This document shows positions 24,331-35,400 of a stretch of 64,000 nt of DNA, in pieces. The notes beneath the pieces are model-generated. The model made no database searches. It saw only the letters and a program-made list of their open reading frames with translations, and was not told the origin of the DNA. Every line of letters begins with the position of its first letter. Positions within the stretch are counted from its first letter, which is position 1. The stretch is taken from positions 16,120,001 through 16,184,000 of the forward strand of contig CM069163.1 in NCBI GenBank assembly GCA_035221665.1, read 5' to 3'. Made by a program: the position numbers and the translations under genes. The DNA comes from Okamejei kenojei (Eukaryota).

Positions 24331-26098
24331 TATGCAGGAGTTTGAACAGTTTGAGAAAAAGGCTATGATCTCTTTATACGTCACCTGAACATTCGTCTTG
24401 AATGAATGATGTCACCTCCAAATGTATAAAGTAGCAAAATATTAAACCACGACCTCTACACTGAACAGAAGTGTCATCAGAGATTGAGTCCTGAGATCTT
24501 GAGGAGTAATTACATCAGCTACAAGTTCAGAGAGATGTTTATATTCAGCAGAAGTCACACTATTCCTATTTTTAAAAAGTTAAGTGAGTTAAAAAATTTC
24601 AGGAGTATTTTATCCAGATCTCGCACAAATGAACACGAAGTTTTCCTCACTGCCATGCTGTGGAAATACAATTGCTCTGAATGAATTCACAAACTAAAGA
24701 GAAGCTAGCAACAAAAATACCTCTCCAAGGAGCATATTACACCTCACATCAAAGGAGATCTTTCATACTGGGTAAGTACTTCTGAAGAAAACCCAAGCTG
24801 GTTCTGAACATGCTGGTACAGAATACTAATTATTTCTTTCACCTGAAGAGGGGTGAGAAGAGAAAATCGCCTATGTTCCATCAGTCTGATAATCTGTTCA
24901 CTGGTTCCAGCTTGGAAACTTTGACTGTCATGACAACCTCTTTACTGCCTATGACAATCACTGACAATTAGCTCTTGTCTATCATAAGGCATTGTCATGT
25001 ATTCGATTTACTCACAGGCCGCCAGCCATAACTCTGTTTTAAAAACAGTGCATTTCCTGCCTAAAATGCATATTGAGAAGACGTAATGCAAAAACATTTC
25101 AAGACACTAGTTGGTCTCCCATAGTGTTGCACAGGAGGTGCCCAGAGCAAGTGTGCTCTTTATATAGAATGGGAATGAGAAGCAGTGCATAATTGGCCCA
25201 GGGTTACACATTTTAAAATTGTACAATTTATTCTTACTTTTGTTATTATTTTAATATAATTTCACTCCATGTGAGCTGTCAAGTCGTAATGCACTTTCCC
25301 ATTTTAAAGTCATTCTTGCTTGAAAGCTGAGAGTAAATATTGGTTGGAGCAGGTAGATTTTATGGAGAACAGCGCTGAGATGGTGGAATATGACTGCTAG
25401 TAGAGGAGATTGTAATTAATAGCATTGCATCTTAATGTAAATGATTTCCATTATAACTGGGCTGCTGATGGGAAAAAATGGCATTGTGACAAAAATGTCA
25501 CAGTGCTGGAGTGGCCAGAACATGCACACATTGAGAGATTCCCTGAAATTGGAATGTTACAAGCTTGTTGTCCCACACTTGTTCACTATTTATGACAAGG
25601 ATAAATAACATTTTTCTTAGTTATGTTGATCTTTTATGATTTGCATCTTTCATTTCCAATTGACTTCCATCTTTCTGGCCTCCAGGCAATTAATTGATTA
25701 GTGAGGTGAATGGAAGAACAAAGGAGTATAGTTTAAATACTCCAAAACTGCAATGTCTGTTTCATCCTGTGCATCAATGTGAATGGTGATTTCTTTGTTT
25801 ATTTTTGTTTTGCTGTACAAAATTTTATGCATTATTTTGTTCAAAATTAATCATTCTTCAATGGCAATTGCACAGAATGACAGTCTGGTTCATCTTTGGT
25901 GGTTAGAAGGCACAATATATTTTGATCATTGTATGCTGATGTAATTTGGTTCCCAATTTGGTAATACAGTTTTTTAGTTTATTGGAATATTACACTATTT
26001 ATCCCGTGGACCATGGTACATGCACAATTCAAAGGGCCACAATGTCACCTCTGGTAGGAAGGTTTGATTATATTGTTAACATAAGCAATCAGCATTAT

Positions 26099-26152
26099 GG
26101 GGTGGGAGATTGCAACCTTCACGTGGTCCACTTTGTTTCGATGAATGTAATC
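26099..26152 (+). ncRNA. Minimal HDV-like ribozyme fold, probably inactive (catalytic C>U at 26142)
   Basis: GGGGUGG-GA-GAUUGCA-ACC-UUCACGU-GGU-CCACUUU-G-UUUCGA-UGAA-UGUAAUC. Confidence 0.75.
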
Positions 26153-26232
26153 AACCCGACGTGCACACACAAGTCGATCAAATATTACAAGTTGACCTAC
26201 AACTTTAAGCTGTGCACGCCATACGCAAGAAG
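26099..26232 (+). mobile_element. Short non-autonomous retroelement with 5' HDV-like ribozyme, copy 2
   Basis: 11-bp TSD ATCAGCATTAT (26088-26098, 26233-26243); same 5' start and same CATACGCAAGAAG tail as copy 1. Confidence 0.85.
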
Positions 26233-29200
26233 ATCAGCATTATAAATACAGGAATCCTCAATAGAATTATACACACAGGTAAAATATTTTTAATATCAGT
26301 GGTGTAAAGTGTTTGTGTCTGCATTTTTTTGTTCATGTATTGATATGTTGTTGTAATAACTGTTCCAACACATTGGACTTTTCGGGTCAGTAACTTCAAT
26401 GCAGATGTTGACCCATTCACGGGGATTATTTATTAGAATTCATAAAAGACTGATAGCCAGAAGAAAAATATTACCATCGTTGCAGAAAACATTTTTATAT
26501 GGAAGAGACACTGAGCCACGATTCATTATATCCAACCCTAAATGGAGAGATATCTGAGCAAACAAAACATTTGGGTACCTTCAAAACTATAACTTGAAAG
26601 CCTTTATTCTCAGTATATATTTTGTGGAGTATTTTGATAAGCAGTTTGGTACAGTCAAACTACAGGGATTCTGTGAACATTAAAATGTGCTCACAGAATA
26701 AATACAGGTGAATGTTTGTACGTTTTAGATCATATGTATTCTGTCCTTATTTTCATATAATTGATATAATTACACCTATCTCATTTTCATACCATTGTAT
26801 CGTGTATTTTATTGCCAAGCCACTAACCCAATATTGATGAGGTCTGAGTTTTCAGAATACTGCCAAGGACAATAACTAGAATTACCATATTTTCTTGAGT
26901 CTAGCCCTGATCACTGTTTATGGAATTGTGCGCACGTGTGGGTTATTAAGCGACATCAGACTTGGCCACAAAATTAAGTTGCCACAACAACTTAGTCATA
27001 TAGAGTCATATAACATGGAAACAGGCCATTCACCCCATCAAGTCAGCACTCTACTGATTCTATTTTATTCTCTCCACATTCCCAAAGTTCCCCCAGATTC
27101 TATGACTCACCCACATTAGGGGCAATTTCCAGCAGCCAATTAACCTACAAACAAGGGAGGAAACCAGATTGCCCAGAAGAAACCCGTGAAGTCACAGGGA
27201 GAATGTACAAACTCAACACCTGGCAATGGAAGGATTAACAACTACAATTTTAGACTTGAGATGTGGAGGCATGAATTGGTAAAAATTGAGTATCTTAGTA
27301 TTATCGGTATATAAGATTTGCCTCGTAACTGTGGGTGATGTTCTGTTGAGGCAGCCAGAAAGTGAGAACCGAATAGAGTATAAATATTACATATTCTTGG
27401 ATAGACTCAGTCACTGTAGAGAGAGGAACTCTGTACCAGAGTTACCCTGGTTATTGCTGGGAACGAGCAAGGCTGCTGTCACAAAGTTTCACAAATGAAG
27501 AGAGCAATTGTAAGATTAATTCTATCAAATGATAAGAAGTTACAGTACTTTGAGAGTAAGTTAGGGAGGGCCATATCAGGAGAATGGAAGCATATCAAAG
27601 TTTTTTTAACTAATTCTTGTATTTGAGCTGAGCTGGCAAACTCACCATTAATTGCCTATCCCTGGTTGCCCTGAAAAGGTTGCACTTAGGCTGGAGACCG
27701 GAGAGGTGTTGAGACCCATGATATTATGCTCAGCTTGAACCATTGGCCTCAATATTTAATCAGGACTGGGAAAAGGCTGGATGGAAAGAATTCTGGATGG
27801 GGATCTCGGAAGTTTAGGTTTCCCAGACTCCTTGCTGAGATTGACTGCATGATATTTTATAACTGTTCTCGGAAGGTTTCTGCCCAGTGGGTAACCAGCT
27901 TGGCAGACTGGCTGCCTGTTGGGCATGAAAACGGATGCCGGGTATGAGAGTTCAGGGAGAGAAAGGCATGGTGGCGATTGATGAGAAGTCTGATGTTCCT
28001 TGGAGGAGGAGGAGGAGGTGGGGGGGGGGGGGGAGTGTGAACGAGGGCATGTTGAAAACCATGGTGGAGGGAGAAGTTTTTAGGTCACTGGTTGTGGTAA
28101 AGATTGCCAGGGATTGTGGGGAATGTGCACACAGTGGGGGGGGAAGGGGGGTCGTATGGGAGGGTGTTTGTCAGGAGAGTCGGAGGTGAAGGGTTATGGC
28201 AGGAGAGGCATGGGTTGTGAAGTGAGGCGGAGGTGACTGTTTGTGAAAGGGAGCATCAAGAATGTTAGATTGTGTCTGCAGAGGCAATGGTTGAATTGGG
28301 TAGTTGGAGATGGCAAGGTTGTTGGGGGGGGGGGGGGGGGGGATGTCTGGGTCGGCAGAGGTTGTGATAAGAGTCCGTGGTGATAGGATGGTGGAATGAT
28401 GATGAGCATTTTCTGTCATGGCAGAAGATGATAATGCATCAAACGTCCTGCCTTGGAAAGCATTTGGAGATTATTTCAGGGGGAGAATAGAGTTTTATAT
28501 GTAATCCTGCACAGATACAATTCTTCATGTTTGTTTCACCACAACTCCTAATTGCCTATGCCACTATATTGAGGCTAGAATTCAAAGACCACTATCAACA
28601 GAAATACAAGCTCTGTGTAGCCCCAATTGCTGCTCTCTCCTTGTCAAACTGAGTAATGCTAATTAAAAGGGTCTATTTTTAAACTGTCTGTTTACTGACG
28701 ATAACTATCTTTATTATTATCTGTAATGTCTCTAGTAATGTGTCAGATCACAGCTTGTGCTGCAATTATTAGAATAGACAACAATTTAAACTTGACCCGA
28801 TTGAAAGCACTCGCTTGTCTCTCTCTGTGTCAGGGGATTGCTTTGGAGTTGGGGGGGGGGGTTGGTTAGTTGCTAGTGCAGTAAACAGCTGCTACTTAGT
28901 ACAATAAACAAAAAGAGGTTTGTGTAAATTGAGCACCTGTTAGACAAGGGATGCTCCTGTCAGCTGGCAAGTTGGGATTCTTTCTTTTGAGTGAAACTTC
29001 CCATTGTCATTTGGTTCTGCTGGGTTCCCTGGTAATAGCTCAACACTATGCCAAATCTCTTTTTGTTAAACAGATTATGTTTGAGTTGTATTAGAATTAG
29101 TTATTTCCCATATCACTGTGACTGTAAATTCACTAACTTAAAACTTGATTTATTTTTTAAGGATTTTATTTTGCCTTTAATTGTATTTGTAATTATTTGG

Positions 29201-29395
29201 TGTGACTCTTGCTAAGTTACAGGGCTCCTTTGGAAACTAAATCATGCTGATCTCATTATTTACTAGCTTGTGTAGATTTGACCTATTGATCTATACTTAA
29301 CCTCAGTGTAGAAGTTTTAAATGATCTGGTGATTTTGTTTTAAAAACTGTCAATTTGGTTATTAGCTTGTTTCTCTCATTTATTATTCCAACCCG

Positions 29396-29447
<52 letters not shown>
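29396..29447. repeat. 52-nt poly(C) run
   Basis: Direct observation. Confidence 0.95.
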
Positions 29448-29450
<3 letters not shown>

Positions 29451-30024
29451 TCCGCAATAATTTGGACACACACTCACAGGCTTTTTGGCAATGACTTTCT
29501 GAGTTGACATTACTCTCTGACACAGCAGACCTCACTTTTGAAGGTTTATATTGACCTACTATTTCAACCTCTTAACCAAAGCCTTCACTTTTCACAGCTT
29601 TGCACCATTACTGCTGATGCCTTTGGTCACTTGGGTTTGACACTGGAATTCATTCTCTATGTCTTACCCTCTCTCCCATGCTTTGAACTCTTTCAAAACC
29701 CACAACATTGAAGGGTTGAAGGGTTCTTCTGATAGCTCTTCTGCAAAGCATTTCTTTTAACATGATGAGAATTATCGAGAGACTGGAAAATAATGTAAAA
29801 ACCTGCCAGGATGGGCGAGTAGTTGGCAAATGCCAAGCACTCTACTTAACCAAGGTGCAGTTTTTAATATACTTGGAAGTGAGAATAAGGAAAGAAAAAA
29901 TTGCTCAATTGGTAATAGCTTAAATGAGAAAGTAAATAACAGGAATTTGGCTAGTTGTTGCGCAAGTTAAGTAGGGTAGTTTGAGTATATGAGGCTGCAA
30001 CATGGCCAAATTAAGTCTGTTTTA

Positions 30025-30303
30025 GTGCTGAAACAGGCCCTTTCGGCACACAGAGTCAGCGCACACTAACACTATCCTACATACACTAGGGATATTTTAC
30101 AAGCCAATTATACCAAGCCAATTAACCTACAAACCTGTACGTCTTTGGAGTGTCTTAGGAAACCTGAGATCCCGGAAAAAAAGACTCACGCAAGTCATGG
30201 GGAGAACGTACAAACTCTGTGCAGAGAAGCAACCGTAGACAGGATTGAACCCGGATCTCTGGCACTGTAAGGCAGCAACTAAACCGCGCCGCCACCGTGC
30301 GCC
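30025..30303 (-). mobile_element. tRNA-derived V-SINE (HE1-like); more decayed copies at ~1296-1470, 6820-6930, 16440-16560, 27120-27225
   Basis: Head GGCGCACGGTGGCGGCGCGG, B-box GGGTTCAATCC, V-domain-like GAGTTTGTACGTTCTCCCC..GCGTG, and CR1-like tail CCGAAAGGGCCTGTTTC. Confidence 0.75.
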
Positions 30304-30720
30304 CACAATGGAGCTGAATAAGTTACCAAACCTGATTTGGTTCAGAATAGTAATTGTTGCTGTTGTTGAACACAATAGTAAAATGAAATCATAAATGAAA
30401 GAAACTCAAAAAGTGGAAATTAGAAAATAATTATTACGAAGGATAGTGCGAAAGTGGCATTCTCAGCCAGATAAAATGGCTGAAGCTGTCCATTGATACT
30501 TTAGACTTGGATTAAACTGGGTTACTCATCAGGGAAAAAAATCACCAGTGGAGACTTGATGAACGAATCCAGACTTGTAATATTCTGTAGATAGAATGGG
30601 ATCTTCTGGATGCAGTTATGAACCTGTTGTGAGATGAATTCGTTTTGTTCTTTATCTTTTTGCATTGATTCAGTTCAGTCGTCTAATCTTTAACTTTAGC
30701 TGACTGTTCTCCTGAGCTTG

Positions 30721-30875
30721 TGTAGGAAAGAACTGCAGATGCTGGTTTAAATCGAAGGTAGACACAAAATGCTGTAGTAACTCAGCAGGACAGGCAGCAT
30801 CTCTGGAGAGAAGGAGAGAAATCTCTCCAGAGATGCTGCCTGTCCCCCTGAGTTACTCCAGCATTTTGTGTCTAC
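30721..30875. mobile_element. Fold-back PLE-terminus insertion
   Basis: ~54-bp near-perfect inverted arms; 17-bp TSD CTGTTCTCCTGAGCTTG (30704-30720, 30876-30892). Confidence 0.85.
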
Positions 30876-33846
30876 CTGTTCTCCTGAGCTTGCCTTGCTC
30901 AAGCAAAATATTTATCTTAATTATGGTCTTTATACATTTAATTTTGAACTGTCTCATCTGGTCACTTAGTCAGGCGGTGCCTGTCATTCAGCATTAAGAC
31001 AATAAGCAGATTTGAATCTCGCCCAATGTTTGGTCGGATATCCTGACTCTTTAGGGCATTTCACTAATTCTTGATTAATCTGGTAGGTGGAGTGCCAGAG
31101 TAAATGTTGCGTTACTTGAATTGCACCTCCTATTAGCTGAATTTAGAACAAGATGTGGAGAGGTAGGTGGTCCAAATTGTATTGAACGAAAACCTGTAGC
31201 AAAGAGCCTGCAAGGCGCACAAATCAGTGATCAAACGAGGACGGCGAGAACAAAACAAATGTGGCTTAGGGTGGTTGCTCCTCATGTAAGCGAACAACTG
31301 CCTCCCATTCAGCTGATCAGATTGTATTTAGCTTCTCATACTGCTGTCTGTTTGAGAATGGTGCGCGCGCGCTCTGTTGCAGAGATGCCCAAGGGGTTAT
31401 TCTATAATCTTTACAACAGGAACAGTGGGGAACCATTTTCTCATGTAGCTGCCTTTCTTTCAAGTTTCATGGCTGTTGTGCTTTGACTGGCAGCAGTTTT
31501 GGAGTCTAGATTTATTGACTTTGTATCAATTCAACTTTTTCTTCTTCAAGTACAGGGATAAATGTTCTGACATTTCCCATTAGAGCCACATTATTTTAGT
31601 TGAGAAGTAGCCTCTATTTGTGCTACACATTGTGTTTAAAAGTTCCTTTTCATTACGAAGAAAGTTAAACCAATAAAATTGTCAGCAGCTGCTAAAGCAT
31701 ATTAATAGAGTTATCGTTCATCATATCTTGTGTTGTATTTTGATAAGATTATTTTCATTATTGCTGGCATACTCTGAATTCGGCTTAACTCTGGCAGTAC
31801 ACACCAAAGGTTGAAATTTACTTCTGTGTTGGATGAGTTGTGGGAATTATCACCTCGCCCTTCTGACAGAGCAGTGACCAACGCAATATGATGGGCCACA
31901 GGAGACATGTGCCTCACGTCTGTCCAGCATAAAACAATGTTGAAGACAGCCAGGCACAACCAGCAGCTTTTCTTGCCCATTTGTCCCATAATCTCATTTG
32001 AAAGTGGAAGCGTGACGAAGTAAAGCAGCATCACGCTTTGGTAGTGGCCCATGGCTTGAATTTATTTTTCAAGGGTGAGGCATCTGCATCTTCTAGGAAG
32101 GAGGCTGGGGAAGGGGTTACAATTTCCAGTTTCCCCACATAGATATATATGATGACAAATTGTTTCTTAAATGTGAAGGTAATATGTCAAGGTGCAAACC
32201 AGTAATGTAATAATTCATTACAAAAACTAAATCTCTGCAAGAGCTGTAATTCTAAAGTATTTTCTCCCTGGTATATGGCCACTGAGAAACATTTGAAAAA
32301 CAAACATATGGCCATGTAATCTCTGCATTCAGCCCTTTGATGTCAGCATGCATATATTTATAGAATCTGTGAGTGGCATCTACTGGCAGTAAAAGAACGG
32401 TCCATGCTCCAATCACTCCCTGTGTTTACAGGCCAGCTCCTGACTCTCGTTCATGCAGCATGAAACCGTCTGCAGACAATTCTCATCATGGACACTGACG
32501 TTTGCTTTTTGCATTCCTTTTCCACATATCATTGTGTTTTTCCGGCAAGTGGGGATAATTTTATTTTAATCAAGCGTCTTGGGAATAGGAGGAATAGAAG
32601 AAGAAATGACTTGGTTTTGAAAGTAACATGCAAAGTTTGAGCTTTAAAAGCCCGGTCTATATCGTGAATGGGTTTACAATTTTGTTACAATTGGAAATTT
32701 GCTGTGCCATGCAATGAATTTGCCAGTTAGAAGGCCTACAAAATTATTAAAACAACAGACAGATAGTTTGCTCAGCCATGTAACCAAACAGCGACACTAC
32801 TACAAAAAATAGTAGATGTAAAGCTAAACAATGAACTGATTTGGTACCTCTGACATATAGCATTTTGAAAACTTAATCTGCAGTTTGCATGAAGAACAAA
32901 AACCAAATTATTCCGACTTGATGTTTGTAATGGTAACATCTAGTATACTAGTTTCACCAATTTCATAAACTAACGTCACCATGATTTCTTAATTGTATTT
33001 TAAGTTTAATTCGCTCTCAGCATTCATCAATGTGTCTGAAATGCTAAGAAGAAAGTAGTGGCAGGGACTAGACTTCCCTGGAGAAACCACCAGGGCAAGA
33101 GGCTGTATGCTGTTGCTTGACCCTTACCGGCAGATGGCCATCAGGAATCAAATACCCATGTGCTGGGAGATAGGGAGAGGATTTAGCAGGGTGATTATTC
33201 AGAGATGAATAGAGTGATTAACTGATAAAGAGCATGTGAGACAGGGTTGGTGGCTTTGATCCTCAGTAATAATGCACTGACTGTTGTTAGTGCAGTGGGA
33301 TGCTCCATAACAAGAAGGGACACCAATGTATTACAGGATTACACAGTTTGCTGTTGCGTTTAACCCTGTGTTAGCCAGTAACTATTTATATTCTGAACAT
33401 AATTCTAACCTGATTTTTGCAGGAGTTTAATTGGGCTTAATGCCTGGCTTTAGGAGAGAGGTTTTTTTTCAGTCAACCCATCCATTGGTGGGGTGGCAGG
33501 GCGGGGGGGCAAAGGCAAACTCAAACAGTACACTATAACTGTACACTGAAAGACATTACTGCTATGCAATGCCAATGAATCATCTCCCAAGAGTGACCTT
33601 TGTTTCTCATGAGTGAAAGAGCAATTAGAAGGTGCTATTTTGCAGGGTAAATATGTTCTCTAGCATTATCAGCTTCTTAAAGTGGTTTCTTAGCATTTTA
33701 CTTCAACAGTCTTATATCGTACTGAGATGAGGTGGAAAGGGCAGTGAATTTACTCAGATCATATAGGGCCCAGGTGAGATTTCATCTGGAATATTATAAA
33801 CCGGTTAGGTCTCCCTGACGAAGGAACAGTATACTTGTGACACCAA

Positions 33847-34084
33847 TGTGTAAGAAGGAACTGCAGATGCTGATTTAAACCAAAGAAAGACACAGAAAGC
33901 TGGAGTAACTCGGCGAGACAGGCAGTATCTCTGGAGAGAAGGAATGGGTGACATTTCTGGTCGAGTCTGTTGAAGGGTCTTGACCCAAAATGTCGCCCTT
34001 TCCTTCTCTCCAGAGATGTCGCCCTTTCCTTCTCTCCAGAGATGCTGCCTGTCCCGCTGAGTTGCTCCAGCTTTTTGTGCTACA
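33847..34084. mobile_element. Fold-back PLE-terminus insertion
   Basis: Inverted arms with an internal ~26-bp tandem duplication; 11-bp TSD TGTGACACCAA (33836-33846, 34085-34095). Confidence 0.8.
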
Positions 34085-34095
34085 TGTGACACCAA

Positions 34096-35400
34096 GATTA
34101 ATTACTGGAATGCAAGTTTTGTCATATGAAGAGAAATCAAGGAGGTTAGGCCAATGCAGCCTTGTGTTCAGAAAAATGAGAGGTGAAGGGTTTAATAATT
34201 AGGTTCCTGTTTCCCCTGGCCAGGATGTCTAGGATCAGAGGTCACAGTTACAAAATTATGAGGGTGGCCATTCAGGACAAAAATGAAGAGAAAATTCTTA
34301 AACAAAAGAAAAGTGAATCCTCTAAGCTCTCTGCCCAGAAGGGCTACGGAGACAGTTGCTGAGAATATTCAAGATTGAGATTAATTGATATTTATTTATT
34401 GAAAGATTGAAAAAAATGGAGATTATTGCAGGAAAATAGCTGAGGTAAAAGATTAGCACAGCAGAACGAGGGGTTAAATGGACTATTTTTGCATCTATTT
34501 CTTGTGCCTTTAACTCACAGATAAAACCAGGGAACCAAGCGTGTTGAATACGAGCACTTCCTGGTGGCTTGTTACACTACTGTATCGTTAAATTGTGCTG
34601 AGCTCAGTACCACAAGAACAGGGGAGTGTTTGGAAAATAACTTGAACTATCTCGCCTCAAGTAGATTTACAGTTAGCGAGTTCTGGAAACGTTATTACAT
34701 TGACATATAGTCACGTTGCCAGAGTTACAACAACATCCTTTCTTGTTTGGAAATATTATTAAAAGTGTATTTGTGGATAATTAATTGGCAGATAGGAACA
34801 GTTTTCAGCCAGTCAGGCAACTCAAGAGTGAGAGTTTGAGTCAGTCAGTCATAGAGATTTATATAGAGTCATACACCACAGAAACAGTCCCTTCAGCACA
34901 ACTCATCCATGCTCCCTCACCAAGAGGCCCAATCTAAGCTCGTCCCCATATGCCCACATTTGGTCCATATCCCTCTAAACCTTTCCTTGCCATGTACCTG
35001 TTGGAGTATATTTTAAATGCTGTTATAACACATGCCTCAACTACCTCCTCTGGCAGCTCATCCTGAAGCAGGATTAGGCCATTCAGCCCATCGAGTCTAC
35101 TCCACCATTCGATCATAGCTGATCGATTATTTTTCTTTTCAACCCCATTCTCCTGCCTTCCCCCTGTAACCTTTGACACCCTTACTAATCAAGAACCTAT
35201 CAATCTTGGCTTTAAAAATACCCAATGTCTTGGCCTCCGCAGCCGTCAATGAATTCCACAGATTGACCACCCTCTGGCTAAAGAAATTCCTCCTCATCTT
35301 CATTCTAAAGGTTTGTCTTTTCATTCTGGGGCTGTGCCCTCTGGTTCTCAACATTACTGGAAACATCCTTTCCATGTCTACACTATTTAGGCCTTTCAAT
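34096..35400. mobile_element. CR1 fragments (~34096-34505 +, ~34860-35400 -)
   Basis: RTRGHS.R...MRRNFFSQRVVNLWNSL on -; older decayed copy on +. Confidence 0.75.

Noticed and set aside
27950-28450. G-rich segment, possibly an old PLE RT remnant or an exon
   Set aside because: Too degenerate to assign and lacks clean splice or peptide evidence.
30230-30303. tRNA-like sequence with B-box
   Set aside because: It is the SINE head, followed by V-domain and LINE tail, with no complete cloverleaf.
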